Below are positions 10,138 to 20,665 of a stretch of 64,000 nucleotides of DNA, piece by piece; the first letter of the stretch is position 1, and each line of letters begins with the position of its first letter. This stretch comes from Actinomycetes bacterium. GTDB taxonomy: Bacteria > Actinomycetota > Acidimicrobiia > Acidimicrobiales > RAAP-2. Under the pieces are notes generated by a model. That model saw only the letters and a list, made by a program, of their open reading frames with translations, ran no database searches and was not told the origin of the DNA. The stretch lies in the NCBI GenBank assembly GCA_021781335.1, contig JAJXXA010000036.1, positions 1,246-65,245 on the forward strand, written 5' to 3'. The translations under genes and the position numbers were made by a program.

Positions 10138-10352
10138 ACATCATTCGCGTGTGACACTTCGAGCTCTGTCAGTTCGTCGCGGCCCAAATGACCCACGTGT
10201 CGAACTGCGGTAGCCCGCACACCAACCGGAATGGTTCGCGTGCCATCGAGGATGACGACGCAGTGGAAATAGAAGTGTCTGCCGTCGTCGCTCACAAGGA
10301 CCCCGTCGCCACGGGCTTCGTCGAACGACTCGATTCGACCAAACACCCTCAA
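10134..10352 (-). CDS. Cold-shock (OB-fold) domain protein, divergent
   Basis: GRIESFDEARGDGVL..FYFHC resembles CSD RNP1/RNP2. Overlaps the ribH stop by 4 nt. Confidence 0.7.
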   Translation of the reverse strand: MRVFGRIESFDEARGDGVLVSDDGRHFYFHCVVILDGTRTIPVGVRATAVRHVGHLGRDELTELEVSHANDV

Positions 10353-10888
10353 CGTGCGAGCGATCCCTGACGAAGCAGTGAGGCCATTTCAATCGCCGTG
10401 AGAGCCGACTCACGCCCTTTGTTGGTTTCATCTGGCAAGGAGCGCTCCAGAGCCTGCGCCACCGTGTTGGTTGTGAGCACCCCAAAGACCACCGGAATGC
10501 CAGTTCGAAGCTGGACGTCTTGGACTCCGCGCGCGCACTCCCCCGCAACGACCTCATAGTGCCCGGTATCACCACGGATCACTGCGCCTAACGTAATGAC
10601 CGCGTCGACGGCGCGTGGTCCGGTGGCGAACGCCTGGGCCAGTAACGGCAGTTCAAAGGCGCCCGGAACCCACCCGATCGAGATGTCACTACGATCGACG
10701 CCGCGGTCGTCGAAAGCGTCGAGCGCGGCCTCAAGCAGGCGTGTGGTCACGCCGCCGTTGAACCGAGCACACGCGATACCAATGCGAAGCCCGCGACCGC
10801 TGAGCGGTCCCTCAAGATATTCACCCACGCGACCTCGAAGCACTTCAACGACAGTGGGATCGAATTCGGTCTCGTCAGTCGATGTCAT
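10349..10888 (-). CDS. ribH: 6,7-dimethyl-8-ribityllumazine synthase
   Basis: ARFN, WVPGAFELP, LGAVIRGDTGHYE, PVVFGVLTT, NKG. Confidence 0.97.
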   Translation of the reverse strand: MTSTDETEFDPTVVEVLRGRVGEYLEGPLSGRGLRIGIACARFNGGVTTRLLEAALDAFDDRGVDRSDISIGWVPGAFELPLLAQAFATGPRAVDAVITLGAVIRGDTGHYEVVAGECARGVQDVQLRTGIPVVFGVLTTNTVAQALERSLPDETNKGRESALTAIEMASLLRQGSLAR

Positions 10889-12095
10889 CGAGACCTCCGA
10901 GTATGTGCCCCATGCGCTCGCGCTTTGTGCGAAGGTAATCGATGTTGAACTCCGTGGGGCGACTCTCAAGGGCGACCCGCTCGACGATGTTGAGGCCGAA
11001 ACCCTCGAGACCACCGTATTTGGAAGGGTTGTTCGTCATGATACGCATCGTGGTCACACCCAAGTCGACAAGAATCTGTGCGCCGATGCCGTACTCGCGT
11101 GAGTCCACGGGCAGACCCAATTCAAGATTCGCGTCGACGGTGTCGTGCCCGTTTTCTTGGAGCGCGTAGGCACGGATCTTGTGGCCCAGTCCGATCCCTC
11201 GCCCTTCGTGACCGCGAAGATAGACCACGACGCCCGCACCTTCGGCGGCGATCTTCGCCAGTGCAGTATGTAGTTGCGGACCGCAGTCGCATCGCAACGA
11301 GCCGAGCGCATCGCCCGTGAGACATTCTGAGTGCACGCGCACGAGCACATCTTTGGCGTCGGAAATATCGCCATAGACGAGCGCCATGTGCTGCTCACCG
11401 TCCAACACGTTCTCGAACACGAATGCCTGGAAGGTGCCGAATTCGGTCGGCAACGATGCCTCGGCGACCCGGCGCACCAATTTCTCGTGGTGACGTCGAT
11501 AGCGAATCAAATCCGCGATCGTGACAATGGGCAGGGAGTGCTCTTGCGCGAATGCTTCGAGCTCGGGCAGCCGAGCCATGTCTGACTTGTCTGCGGTGAC
11601 GATCTCGCACAAGACGCCCGAAGGATACTTCCCCGCGAGCCGGCACAAGTCCACGGTCGCCTCAGTGTGTCCGGCGCGCTTTAACACACCGCCTGGACGA
11701 TATCGAAGCGGGAAGATATGGCCCGGTCGGTTGAGGTCGGTCGGTCGAGTGTCGGGGTCGATGAGGGCGCGTATGGTCGCAGCCCGGTCACTCGCGGAGA
11801 TCCCGGTAGTCGTGCCGTGGCGATAGTCCACCGTCACCGTGAAGGCGGTGCGTTGGGCTTCAGTGTTGGCCACCACCATGAGGGGCAGTTCGAGCTCGTC
11901 AGCCCGCTGGGATTCAAGGGGCACACAGAACACACCCGAGGTGTACTCGAGAAAGAACGCCATGCTTTCGGCCGTCACGTCCTCGGCGGCCATGATCAAG
12001 TCGCCCTCATTCTCACGGTCTTCGTCGTCGACGACGACAACCATTCCGCCATTGCGCAACTGCTCAAGTGCTTCTTCGATTGTTGAAAGCGTCAT
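10875..12095 (-). CDS. ribBA: Bifunctional DHBP synthase / GTP cyclohydrolase II
   Basis: DDEDRENEGDL, RAGHTEA, VRVHSECLTGD..RCDCG, HEGRGIGL. Confidence 0.98.
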   Translation of the reverse strand: MTLSTIEEALEQLRNGGMVVVVDDEDRENEGDLIMAAEDVTAESMAFFLEYTSGVFCVPLESQRADELELPLMVVANTEAQRTAFTVTVDYRHGTTTGISASDRAATIRALIDPDTRPTDLNRPGHIFPLRYRPGGVLKRAGHTEATVDLCRLAGKYPSGVLCEIVTADKSDMARLPELEAFAQEHSLPIVTIADLIRYRRHHEKLVRRVAEASLPTEFGTFQAFVFENVLDGEQHMALVYGDISDAKDVLVRVHSECLTGDALGSLRCDCGPQLHTALAKIAAEGAGVVVYLRGHEGRGIGLGHKIRAYALQENGHDTVDANLELGLPVDSREYGIGAQILVDLGVTTMRIMTNNPSKYGGLEGFGLNIVERVALESRPTEFNIDYLRTKRERMGHILGGLDDID

Positions 12096-13084
12096 CAGAC
12101 CTCCACGTCTACCCTTATATCTTCGCCGATTCTTCTCACGTCCACCACTCGACCTCGACGCAGCGCTGACATTGACGGCGTCGTGAGATCCTTAAGTGCC
12201 CCAGACGTAGCGAAGGCGCCCGCGAATGCGGGAGCCTGGTACCAGACAACCCGATTCACCAGACCATGTTCGAGAAATGCGCTGGCAGTCGTCGGACCGC
12301 CTTCGACGAGGACCTGGAGCACGTCGAGTTGTGCCAATTCGTCAAGTATCACGCCCAGGTCCCCACTGCGTTCGAGACATGGGCGCACCCGAGCGTGTTC
12401 GGGGGCGTGACCGAGCACGACTCGAAGGGGTTCCAGGATAATGTCATCCAACCGTGCGGTGAGCGCCGGATCGTCACTTCGAACAGTCCCCGCACCAACG
12501 ATGATGGCCTGGCTCGAGGCGCGAAGGACGTGCGCATCTCGACGCGCCTCCTCGCCAGTGATCCATTGACTGGAGCCGTCGGCCATCGCAACGACACCGT
12601 CAAGGGTCGACGCGACCTTTAAGACTACGTACGGTCTACCCGTGACCCGCTGCCAGAGATAAGGGGCTAACTGCTCTCGCACGAGCGCTTCTTCGATGCC
12701 CACTTCGACGTCGACTCCCGACGCCTTCAAAGAGAGCACGCCACGACCCGATACGCGCGCGTCGGGATCGAGCGTTCCGACGATGACCCGAGCGATACCC
12801 GCCTCGACGATGGCGTCCACGCACGGCCCCGTGCGCCCGACGTGACAACACGGCTCGAGAGTGACAACCATGGTCGCTCCTCGCGCCCGATCGCCGGCGC
12901 GTCTTAGTGCCACGATCTCGGCGTGGGACTCACCCGGTGCCTGGGTGTGGCCCTCGCTCACCACCACCCCATTGTCGTTGACGATCACCGCACCGACCCA
13001 CGGATTTGGCGCCGCGTGGAGGCGCGCCTTCTGCGCGGCCCCGACGGCGAGCTGCATCAGCTCAGAAGGCGACGTCGTAGTCAC
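12095..13084 (-). CDS. ribD: Riboflavin biosynthesis deaminase/reductase
   Basis: PNPWVGAVIV, HAE, TLEPCCH.GRTGPC, SQWITG, VLVEGG. Confidence 0.97.
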   Translation of the reverse strand: MTTTSPSELMQLAVGAAQKARLHAAPNPWVGAVIVNDNGVVVSEGHTQAPGESHAEIVALRRAGDRARGATMVVTLEPCCHVGRTGPCVDAIVEAGIARVIVGTLDPDARVSGRGVLSLKASGVDVEVGIEEALVREQLAPYLWQRVTGRPYVVLKVASTLDGVVAMADGSSQWITGEEARRDAHVLRASSQAIIVGAGTVRSDDPALTARLDDIILEPLRVVLGHAPEHARVRPCLERSGDLGVILDELAQLDVLQVLVEGGPTTASAFLEHGLVNRVVWYQAPAFAGAFATSGALKDLTTPSMSALRRGRVVDVRRIGEDIRVDVEV

Positions 13085-13767
13085 TGTTCGCTTCGCGCTG
13101 CCTCTCGGAGCGCGCGTGCCGCCTCCAGGGGCGCACTTCGAGCGAAGATGGCTGATCCCGCGACCAGAACGTTCGCGCCCGCATGCACCGCCAGGGGTGC
13201 CGTGCGCGTGTCGATGCCGCCGTCGACTTCAATGTCGAGTGCCAGCTGGTTCGCCTCGACCTCGTGACGAGCCTCTGACACCTTGTTCATGACGTCACCC
13301 ATGAACGACTGACCACCAAAACCGGGGAATACAGTCATGAGTAGCAGCAGATCGATCTCGCCGAGAAAAGGTGCGACCGCTTCGAAGGGCGTATCCGGGT
13401 TCGCCGCCAGCCCGACGCGAAGGCCCAGGGCGCGCGCGTCTCTAATGAGGCTCGACGTACCACCGACCTCCACGTGGACCGTACAACCGTCGGCTCCGGC
13501 TTCCTTGAAGGCCTCGAGGTAACGACCGGGCTCGCTCATCATCAAGTGACAATCGAAGAATCGATCGCTGTATGGTCGAAGCGAGTGCACGACGGGCGGC
13601 CCAATAGACACGTTAGGTACGAAATGCCCGTCCATCACGTCGATGTGGAGCCAATCCGTCTCGAGGTCGATCTCGTGCACCGCGTTCGCCAACGCGCCGA
13701 AATCAGCGGCCAAAATCGATGGCGCTATTCGCAATGCGCCGACGGGGCCCGCATCGATCAGAGTCAC
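13081..13767 (-). CDS. rpe: Ribulose-phosphate 3-epimerase
   Basis: IAPSILAADF, HIDVMDGHFVPN, MTVFPGFGGQ, EVDGGI. Confidence 0.98.
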   Translation of the reverse strand: MTLIDAGPVGALRIAPSILAADFGALANAVHEIDLETDWLHIDVMDGHFVPNVSIGPPVVHSLRPYSDRFFDCHLMMSEPGRYLEAFKEAGADGCTVHVEVGGTSSLIRDARALGLRVGLAANPDTPFEAVAPFLGEIDLLLLMTVFPGFGGQSFMGDVMNKVSEARHEVEANQLALDIEVDGGIDTRTAPLAVHAGANVLVAGSAIFARSAPLEAARALREAARSEQ

Positions 13768-13796
13768 ATTCGCAGCCTAGGGCCTGGCCACGTCGT

Positions 13797-14669
13797 TCAG
13801 GCCCACTCTGCGTGCTGCACATCCAACCGCACACCCGACCACCAGTCCTGAGCGTCCATGGGACGCGAGCCCTCGGGCTGTACTCTTTCCAGGATCAACG
13901 CGCCACCAATGCCACAGAGCGCTATTTCCCCCGAGACCTGTGCGATCGTGCCCGCGACGCCCGCGTCGCTCGTTGTACGCGCCGCGAGGACTTTAGTGCG
14001 ACGCCCATTGATCAACGTGAACGCACGCTCCAATCGCACGGTGCGCTCGAGTTGCGCCATCGACATCGTCGGAGTCAGGTGGAACGTCTCCGCGGTCAAT
14101 TTCTCTGCGTAAGTGGGCTCTCCCGACTGGACGAGCGGATTTGAGAGCAAGGTGTCACTGCTGAGTACTTTCAGGAGCAACGAAGCCCCGAGATTCGCCA
14201 GCTCACTCGTCAGTTCGCTCGCGGTCTTCGCGTCAACGTCGGTCTGTTGCATCGCGTGCACGGGCCCGGTATCGAGGGTCGCCTCAAGTGACATGACGCT
14301 CACACCAGTCACCTCATCGCCCGCGAGAATCGCCCGTTCGACCGGAGCGGCCCCGCGCCAGCGAGGCAACAACGAGAAGTGCACGTTCAACATCGGTACC
14401 TTCTCGAGAACCGACGTCGGGATCATTGCACCGTACGCAACCACCACTCCACGCTCAACGTCCACCTGCTCAATGTCCGACACGCGATGACCAACCTGAA
14501 GACCAAGCTCGAGCGCGGCACTCTTCACCGGACTCGACGACACCTGCGTGCCACGACCGCGACGTCGATCGGGACGGGTGATCACGAGTTCAACATCGTG
14601 CCCGGCACGCACCAATGCTCGAAGTGACGGCACCGCGGCATCGGGCGTGCCAAGAAAGACGAGACGCAT
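13797..14669 (-). CDS. fmt: Methionyl-tRNA formyltransferase
   Basis: MRLVFLGTP, NVHFSLLPRWRGAAPV, LDTGPV. Confidence 0.97.
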   Translation of the reverse strand: MRLVFLGTPDAAVPSLRALVRAGHDVELVITRPDRRRGRGTQVSSSPVKSAALELGLQVGHRVSDIEQVDVERGVVVAYGAMIPTSVLEKVPMLNVHFSLLPRWRGAAPVERAILAGDEVTGVSVMSLEATLDTGPVHAMQQTDVDAKTASELTSELANLGASLLLKVLSSDTLLSNPLVQSGEPTYAEKLTAETFHLTPTMSMAQLERTVRLERAFTLINGRRTKVLAARTTSDAGVAGTIAQVSGEIALCGIGGALILERVQPEGSRPMDAQDWWSGVRLDVQHAEWA

Positions 14670-15203
14670 CTACTCGCCGAGCAAGAGGTGCAGACCGTCG
14701 GGATCGGACTCGGCGATCTTGAGGCGTCGCTTTCGAAGCTCCTTCTTGGCTTCTTTACGCTGGTCCGCATCCAGACGCTCGATCAGCAGTATCCCGTTCA
14801 AGTGGTCCATCTCGTGTTGGAAGATTCGCCCTTCGAACTCGTCAGTCTCCACATCTATTTCATTGCCATCGAGGTCGTAGCCCGTGAGGTGGATGGCGTT
14901 TGGTCGCGTGATCTCCCAACTGAGACCCGGGACTGACAGGCATCCCTCCTCGTAGGTCCACTCGCCGTCAGACTCGACGATCACCGGATTAACGACCACG
15001 ACGGGCCCATCGCCCTTGTCGTACACGAAGAGTCGCTTCTGGACGCCGATCTGATTGGCCGCGAGTCCGACACCGGGCGCTTCGTACATTGTTTCGATCA
15101 TGGTGTCCGCCAATGCCTTCACCCGGCCATCAATGTCCTCAATTTCGGTGGTCATCACATTGAGGACCGGGTCCCCATAGATGCGAATCGGCAAAGTAGT
15201 CAC
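14670..15203 (-). CDS. def: Peptide deformylase
   Basis: GVGLAANQIG, EGCLSVPG, QHEMDHLNG. Confidence 0.98.
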   Translation of the reverse strand: MTTLPIRIYGDPVLNVMTTEIEDIDGRVKALADTMIETMYEAPGVGLAANQIGVQKRLFVYDKGDGPVVVVNPVIVESDGEWTYEEGCLSVPGLSWEITRPNAIHLTGYDLDGNEIDVETDEFEGRIFQHEMDHLNGILLIERLDADQRKEAKKELRKRRLKIAESDPDGLHLLLGE

Positions 15204-15260
15204 CCTTCTACGATACCGGCACCTTCGTGTGGGCCGTCACCTTGCGAGCGGGCCTGCGCA

Positions 15261-16979
15261 TTATTCCACCGCGACTCGAAGTTTTCCCGCCGGTCGTTCA
15301 ACGGCACGAAGCACGTCGATGAGCGTCGAGATGTCACCCGCTCGCACTTCAAATCCGTCGTCCTTCATGTAGATCTTGACGCTCCCGCCGCCGTCACCCA
15401 TCTGACGCACGAACTCCGGGGCCGCGTCGCCACTGATCCTCGCGCTCGCTCCGAACGGTGCCAGCGAGAGAAGTCGTGCGGTCTCGATGTCGTCGCGCAC
15501 GATGTCATCGACGTCGCCGCGCTCGAGAGCGCGAAGAACGGGGTCTTCACCTCGGCGGGTCTGGACGATCACGACCCCACGTGCGTCACTGCGAGCACCC
15601 ACCAGTCGTCCGGCCTTGCCCACTGCGCTCACCGCAGCGCGGCGCGCTGAAGCGCGCGCCGCGAGCAGGTACTGGTCAAAGTCAACGAAGACCACCACGC
15701 CGCAACGACGTACCCGCTGCCAAATCGCTTCTGTGCCAACCACGACCCGCGCGAGCGCGACTGACGGATCGCTCGACGCAGTCACCTCACTGACCGCCTG
15801 TCCCAACTGCGCCGCAACGTCACGGGCCAACGTGCTCACACCGACGCGCACGGGCTTCAGATTGGTGGCGCCACACGAGCGACAGAAGTTCGCTCGAGGT
15901 TCGTGTCGGTCACGGCACGACAATTGACCATCGATCTCGATCTCCGCCTGGGCGCACTGCGCGCAGCGCGCGAGTTCTCCACACGAGCGGCACGCGAAGA
16001 GCCTCCCCGTGCCGAGGCGCTGCAGTACAACCGCCACGGCCACGACCTCGGGACCTGCGAGTGCCCGGTGTGCAGCGTCGAGCGCTGCGCGCGACAACAC
16101 TCCATCACGCGGGTCGGCACTTCGTCGGTCGATGACCTGCACGCGCGGCCACCCTCGAGGTATCTCGCCAATCTTCTCGTACGAGCGCTGCGCCACCAGT
16201 CGAGGAGACGGGATCATCGACGTCGCCCAGAGGGGCGCCTGTTCACGGTGACAACGTTCAACCAACATGTCGTAGGCGTCCCACGTCGGTGACGCCTCCG
16301 ATCGATAGGCGTCGTCATCGGCGTCCACCACGACCGCCCCCGCGAGCCGCGGCACCGGCGCGACTGCGGTGCCGCGAGCACCAACGACAACGGGCCACCC
16401 CGCGCGCATACGGTCCCACTCGCGTTCACCCGACGCCACGTGCACCCCGCGCTGTTCAAGTCGCCCGCGCAGACGATGGGCCCATGCCTCGGTGGGCACC
16501 AACACCAACAGTGACCCCTCGCGACCCCTCGTATCTTCATAGGCGCCCAGCACCAGTGGGAGTGGATCGGTCGTCGGCGCCATTTGCAGCACCCCAGGCG
16601 CAACGCGCATCGCGCCGTCGCGGACGCCCTGCGCCAACTCCAAGGCAACGGGGCGTTCGGGCAGCGAGGTGATCAAGCGATGCGGCGACGACGAGATGAG
16701 AAATCTCGACAGTGGACTGAACCAGCGCCAACTGGCCCACTCCAGTAGTCCAAGCAGCGCGGGCGGCGGACCGTACCCCAACCATTTGACGATGGGTTTG
16801 AGCTCACGAGTCGCCTCGACGTCACCCAGAACCCACCCACGCACCGAGCGATTGTTGAAGTTCACCCGTACTCGATCGCCGACACCGCAGTGCTCGGTCG
16901 CTTCAGTCAGCGCGTACTCAAACGGCCGGTCTATCGCGCCGACTTCGGTGATGATGCGAACCGCGCGCACGGCGCTCAC
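15261..16979 (-). CDS. priA: Primosomal protein N' (actinobacterial type, degenerate helicase)
   Basis: DRPFEY N-terminal domain, VVGARGTAVAP, Cys-rich CxxC cluster. Between metK and def. Confidence 0.85.
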   Translation of the reverse strand: MSAVRAVRIITEVGAIDRPFEYALTEATEHCGVGDRVRVNFNNRSVRGWVLGDVEATRELKPIVKWLGYGPPPALLGLLEWASWRWFSPLSRFLISSSPHRLITSLPERPVALELAQGVRDGAMRVAPGVLQMAPTTDPLPLVLGAYEDTRGREGSLLVLVPTEAWAHRLRGRLEQRGVHVASGEREWDRMRAGWPVVVGARGTAVAPVPRLAGAVVVDADDDAYRSEASPTWDAYDMLVERCHREQAPLWATSMIPSPRLVAQRSYEKIGEIPRGWPRVQVIDRRSADPRDGVLSRAALDAAHRALAGPEVVAVAVVLQRLGTGRLFACRSCGELARCAQCAQAEIEIDGQLSCRDRHEPRANFCRSCGATNLKPVRVGVSTLARDVAAQLGQAVSEVTASSDPSVALARVVVGTEAIWQRVRRCGVVVFVDFDQYLLAARASARRAAVSAVGKAGRLVGARSDARGVVIVQTRRGEDPVLRALERGDVDDIVRDDIETARLLSLAPFGASARISGDAAPEFVRQMGDGGGSVKIYMKDDGFEVRAGDISTLIDVLRAVERPAGKLRVAVE

Positions 16980-16981
16980 GC

Positions 16982-18178
16982 CTAGAGCGACAATTCTCGG
17001 CGCAAGTCGTCAACTCGTGGCGTCTGTTCCCAGGCGAAACCTTGATCGCTGCGACCGAAATGTCCGTACGCCGCAGTCCTCTGATAGATCGGTCGTCGAA
17101 GGTCCAGGTCGCGAATGATTGCCGCGGGGCGCAGGTCGAACAACGCGTCGACCGCTTTCGCGATTCGAGAACGATCTACTCGCTCGGTTCCAAAGGTCTC
17201 CACAAGGACCGACACCGGCCGAGCGACGCCGATTGCGTAGGCCACCTGGACCTCACAACGCTGCGCCGCACCAGCGGCGACGACGTGCTTGGCGACCCAA
17301 CGAGCCGCGTAGGCCGCCGAGCGATCCACTTTCGAAGGGTCCTTACCCGAGAAGGCGCCTCCACCGTGACGCGCCATCCCACCATAGGTGTCGACGATGA
17401 TCTTTCGCCCCGTGAGCCCCGCGTCGGCGTGGGGTCCACCGAGGACGAACTTTCCCGACGGATTGACATAGATGCGCATTGAGCTCGTGTCGAGATTCGC
17501 GGGCAGCATGGGCTTGATGACGTGCTCGATGAGGTCGTTCCTGATCGTGGTCTGTGAGTCGTAGCCGTCCTCGTGCTGGGTTGAGATCAAAACCGTCTCG
17601 ACCGCGACCGGTCGTCCGTTCTCGTATGCAATAGTCACCTGGGTCTTGCCGTCGGGCCTCAGGTACGGCACTTGGCCCGAGCGACGAACTTGCGAGAGGC
17701 GCATGGAGAATCGATGCGCCAGCCAGATCGGTACTGGCATGAAGTCGTCGTTGTCATCACACGCGTAGCCGAACATCATGCCCTGGTCACCGGCGCCGAG
17801 GGCGTTGAGTTCGTCTTCGCCTCCGTCACCCGAGCGGTGTTCGTGCGACACGTCCACACCATTGGCGATGTCGGGGCTCTGCTTGTCGAGCGACACCAAG
17901 ACCGCACAGGTCTTGCCGTCGAAGCCTTTGGCGCTGTCGTCATACCCGATGTCGAGAATCGTGCGTCGCGCGATCGCGCTGATATCAACGACCGCCGACG
18001 TCGTGATCTCTCCCGCGACGACGCACAATCCGGTCGTCAGCAACGTCTCACACGCCACCCGCGCGGCGGGATCTTGGGTGAGGATCGCGTCCAGGACGCT
18101 GTCAGAGACCTGATCGGCAATCTTGTCCGGATGACCTTCGGTTACCGACTCCGACGTGAAGAGGGTGCGGTCGCTCAT
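16982..18178 (-). CDS. metK: S-adenosylmethionine synthetase
   Basis: [36 protein letters not shown]. Confidence 0.99.
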   Translation of the reverse strand: MSDRTLFTSESVTEGHPDKIADQVSDSVLDAILTQDPAARVACETLLTTGLCVVAGEITTSAVVDISAIARRTILDIGYDDSAKGFDGKTCAVLVSLDKQSPDIANGVDVSHEHRSGDGGEDELNALGAGDQGMMFGYACDDNDDFMPVPIWLAHRFSMRLSQVRRSGQVPYLRPDGKTQVTIAYENGRPVAVETVLISTQHEDGYDSQTTIRNDLIEHVIKPMLPANLDTSSMRIYVNPSGKFVLGGPHADAGLTGRKIIVDTYGGMARHGGGAFSGKDPSKVDRSAAYAARWVAKHVVAAGAAQRCEVQVAYAIGVARPVSVLVETFGTERVDRSRIAKAVDALFDLRPAAIIRDLDLRRPIYQRTAAYGHFGRSDQGFAWEQTPRVDDLRRELSL

Positions 18179-19407
18179 GGTGCTCCTTGATTTAACAATG
18201 AAGCCACCCTAGTCAATATCTCATAGGAAATGGCTTCTTTTGATCGCAACGTCACCGTGGACGACTCCGCATTCTTGTCGAGAATGATCACTTCGTTGGT
18301 CGAATGTTCGAATCCGACACCGGGTGCACTCACGTCATTGACCACCAAGAGGTCCACGCCCTTGCGTTGCAGCTTGGCGACAGCGTTGGCGAGCACGTCG
18401 TTGGTCTCAGCAGCGAAGCCCACGATCACCTGACCATCGCGACGACGCGCGACCAGGTCGCTCAAGATGTCAGGTGTCGCCATCAGCGTCAACGTGGGGA
18501 CGCCGTCGTCCTTCTTTAATTTCATCGGCGCCGGGTCAACGGTGAAGTCAGAGACTGCGGCCGCCATGATGATCGCGTCATTCTGCTCAGCGCGCTCCAG
18601 CAGCTCCTCACGCATCTGTGCGGCACTTTCCACGTGGACCACATCGACGTGGCGAACGACGTCAAGTGCCAGATCGAGTGACGATGCACTGACGAGTGTC
18701 ACCGACGCACCGAGTCGCTGCGCCACCTCGGCTAATGCGAGGCCTTGGCGACCCGACGAGCGGTTCGAGAGCACTCGAACTGGATCAATGGCCTCTCGGG
18801 TCCCTCCCGCGCTGATGAGGAGACGACGTCCGCTCAAGGGCCCGCGATACCCGTGAATCACGTGTTCTACGAGCGCGAATATGTCATCGGGCTCGGGCAG
18901 TCGACCCGCACCCACGTCGCCACCCGCCAGGGGGCCCGTGGAGGGCTCCATCACGAGCACCCCTCGTCGACGAAGAACCGCGAGGTTCTCCTGGACCGAC
19001 GGTTGCTCCCACATCTCGGTGTGCATCGCCGGACACAACAAGACGGGCGCGCGCGACGCAAGCAAGGTGGCGCTCAACAGGTCATCCGCAAGACCCATGG
19101 CGAACCTCGCGATCAGGTGTGCGGTCGCGGGTGCCACCACGATCAGATCGGCGTGCTGGCCCAGGTACGTGTGTGGGATTGGAGTGGTCGGGTCACCGTA
19201 GAGACTGGTGCGCGCCGGCTCGCTCGCGAGGGCTGAAAAGGTCACTTCCCCAACGAAGCGAGTGGCGTCGCGTGTGAGGACAGGTGACACGAAATAGCCA
19301 GCGTCACGCAATCGACGCAACAACTCAACTGACTTATAGGCGGCGATGCCGCCCGCAACGCCTAGAACAATGCGAGGAGACGACGTATCAGGCGTCGCGG
19401 AGTGCAT
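18175..19407 (-). CDS. coaBC: Phosphopantothenoylcysteine decarboxylase / ligase
   Basis: [44 protein letters not shown]. Start approximate. Confidence 0.96.
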   Translation of the reverse strand: MHSATPDTSSPRIVLGVAGGIAAYKSVELLRRLRDAGYFVSPVLTRDATRFVGEVTFSALASEPARTSLYGDPTTPIPHTYLGQHADLIVVAPATAHLIARFAMGLADDLLSATLLASRAPVLLCPAMHTEMWEQPSVQENLAVLRRRGVLVMEPSTGPLAGGDVGAGRLPEPDDIFALVEHVIHGYRGPLSGRRLLISAGGTREAIDPVRVLSNRSSGRQGLALAEVAQRLGASVTLVSASSLDLALDVVRHVDVVHVESAAQMREELLERAEQNDAIIMAAAVSDFTVDPAPMKLKKDDGVPTLTLMATPDILSDLVARRRDGQVIVGFAAETNDVLANAVAKLQRKGVDLLVVNDVSAPGVGFEHSTNEVIILDKNAESSTVTLRSKEAISYEILTRVASLLNQGAP

Positions 19408-19741
19408 CGGTGAAGGCGTCCAGGTCGTTGTTGGCGTCCTGGCGAGCCTGCTCCACGGCCTCGGCCTGGAGGCGCTCGGCCTCGAGTTCCTCGGGTGTTG
19501 GGCGATGGAATTCCAACTTGCCCTGGTACAACTCTTCCATCGCAAGCGAGAGCGACTTGTTGGAGAGCGAGGTGACCTGGGGCGGAATGAGCGCTCCGTG
19601 GCCCGAACCGAGCCCGTTGTAGTACTCGTTGATCTCACGGGCACGAATCGCGGTTACTGCGACCAGGGTGAACTTCGAATCGCCGACTTTGGCCAAAAGG
19701 GTCTCGATGGGCGGGTCAACAAGTGTCGGGCGTTCGGCCAT
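19388..19741 (-). CDS. rpoZ: RNA polymerase omega subunit
   Basis: PPIETLL..SKFTLV..RAREINEYY..KSLSLAMEE. Confidence 0.93.
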   Translation of the reverse strand: MAERPTLVDPPIETLLAKVGDSKFTLVAVTAIRAREINEYYNGLGSGHGALIPPQVTSLSNKSLSLAMEELYQGKLEFHRPTPEELEAERLQAEAVEQARQDANNDLDAFTDALRDA

Positions 19742-19755
19742 GGAAAGTAGTCCTT

Positions 19756-20328
19756 TTACGAGGGGTGACGTCGGAGCTGACGAAGTCTCTCCAGTATAGA
19801 GAGAATTTCGTGCGTCGCCCGCTCGATTTCATCATTCACCACGACGTACGACGCCAATTTCTGACCTTTTGCCAGTTCTTCTGGGGTACTTGAGAGCCTC
19901 ATCGAGACGTGTTGGTCCTCGTCACCTCGGCGTCGAAGGCGCTCTTCGAGCTGGCCCATCGACGGGGGCAGGAGCAGAATCACGACCGCATCAGGGTAGG
20001 CATCGAGAACCTGCGCAGCGCCCTGCACCTCGATCTCGAGCAAGACGTCATCACCCTCGGGAGGCGTTGGTAGTGGAGTCCCATAAAGATTGCCGTGGAA
20101 CTCCGCCCACTCGAGGAACCGGTCGTCGTCGATCGCCGCTTCGAAACTAGCGCGGTCTACGAAGATGTACTCCGTACCGTGTTCGGTGCTGCGCTTGGGT
20201 CGAGTGGTCCAACTTCGACTGAGCCACAGATGGTCGTCCAGCTCGAGCAGTCGTTGAGCGACGGTCCCCTTGCCTACACCGCCAGGCCCGATCAGTACGA
20301 CAACGAGTGGCTCAGCGGACAAGGGCAC
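19756..20328 (-). CDS. gmk: Guanylate kinase
   Basis: GPGGVGKGT, SWTTRPKR, FLEWAEFHGNLYGT, LEIEVQGA. Confidence 0.96.
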   Translation of the reverse strand: MPLSAEPLVVVLIGPGGVGKGTVAQRLLELDDHLWLSRSWTTRPKRSTEHGTEYIFVDRASFEAAIDDDRFLEWAEFHGNLYGTPLPTPPEGDDVLLEIEVQGAAQVLDAYPDAVVILLLPPSMGQLEERLRRRGDEDQHVSMRLSSTPEELAKGQKLASYVVVNDEIERATHEILSILERLRQLRRHPS

Positions 20329-20632
20329 GAAAGAGTTCAGCGCGCTGCTTCGGCCCAAGCCCACGAATGCGACGAGTCTTTGCGATTGACGCGCTCTTCA
20401 TGATTCGTTCGGCCTTCACCTCGCCAATGGCCGGCAGTGCGCTGATGAGGTCATACGCACGCATCTGCGCGACGCATTCTTCGCGTTTGGCCAATTCGAA
20501 CAACTCCTCGAGCGACAGCTCGCCAGACTTCACTTGACGCTTGACCTCCGCGCGTCGTCGACGGTTCGCTACGGCGAGGCGTGAAGCCTCCACGCGCTGT
20601 TCGTGCGAGAGAGTTGGCGGAGTTGGGGTCAC
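20312..20632 (-). CDS. mihF: Actinobacterial integration host factor (mIHF/sIHF)
   Basis: RRRAEVKRQVKSG..LPAIGEVKAERIM..RRIRGLGPKQR H2TH fold. Between pyrF and gmk. Confidence 0.92.
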   Translation of the reverse strand: MTPTPPTLSHEQRVEASRLAVANRRRRAEVKRQVKSGELSLEELFELAKREECVAQMRAYDLISALPAIGEVKAERIMKSASIAKTRRIRGLGPKQRAELFRALVR

Positions 20633-20665
20633 GAGGTCAGATTACTCCTGTCTGGCCCCTCGTAC

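Noticed and set aside
15261-16979. PriA lacking Walker A/DExH motifs as a possible pseudogene
   Set aside because: Helicase-degenerate PriA is known in actinobacteria, and the ORF is intact and in its usual position.
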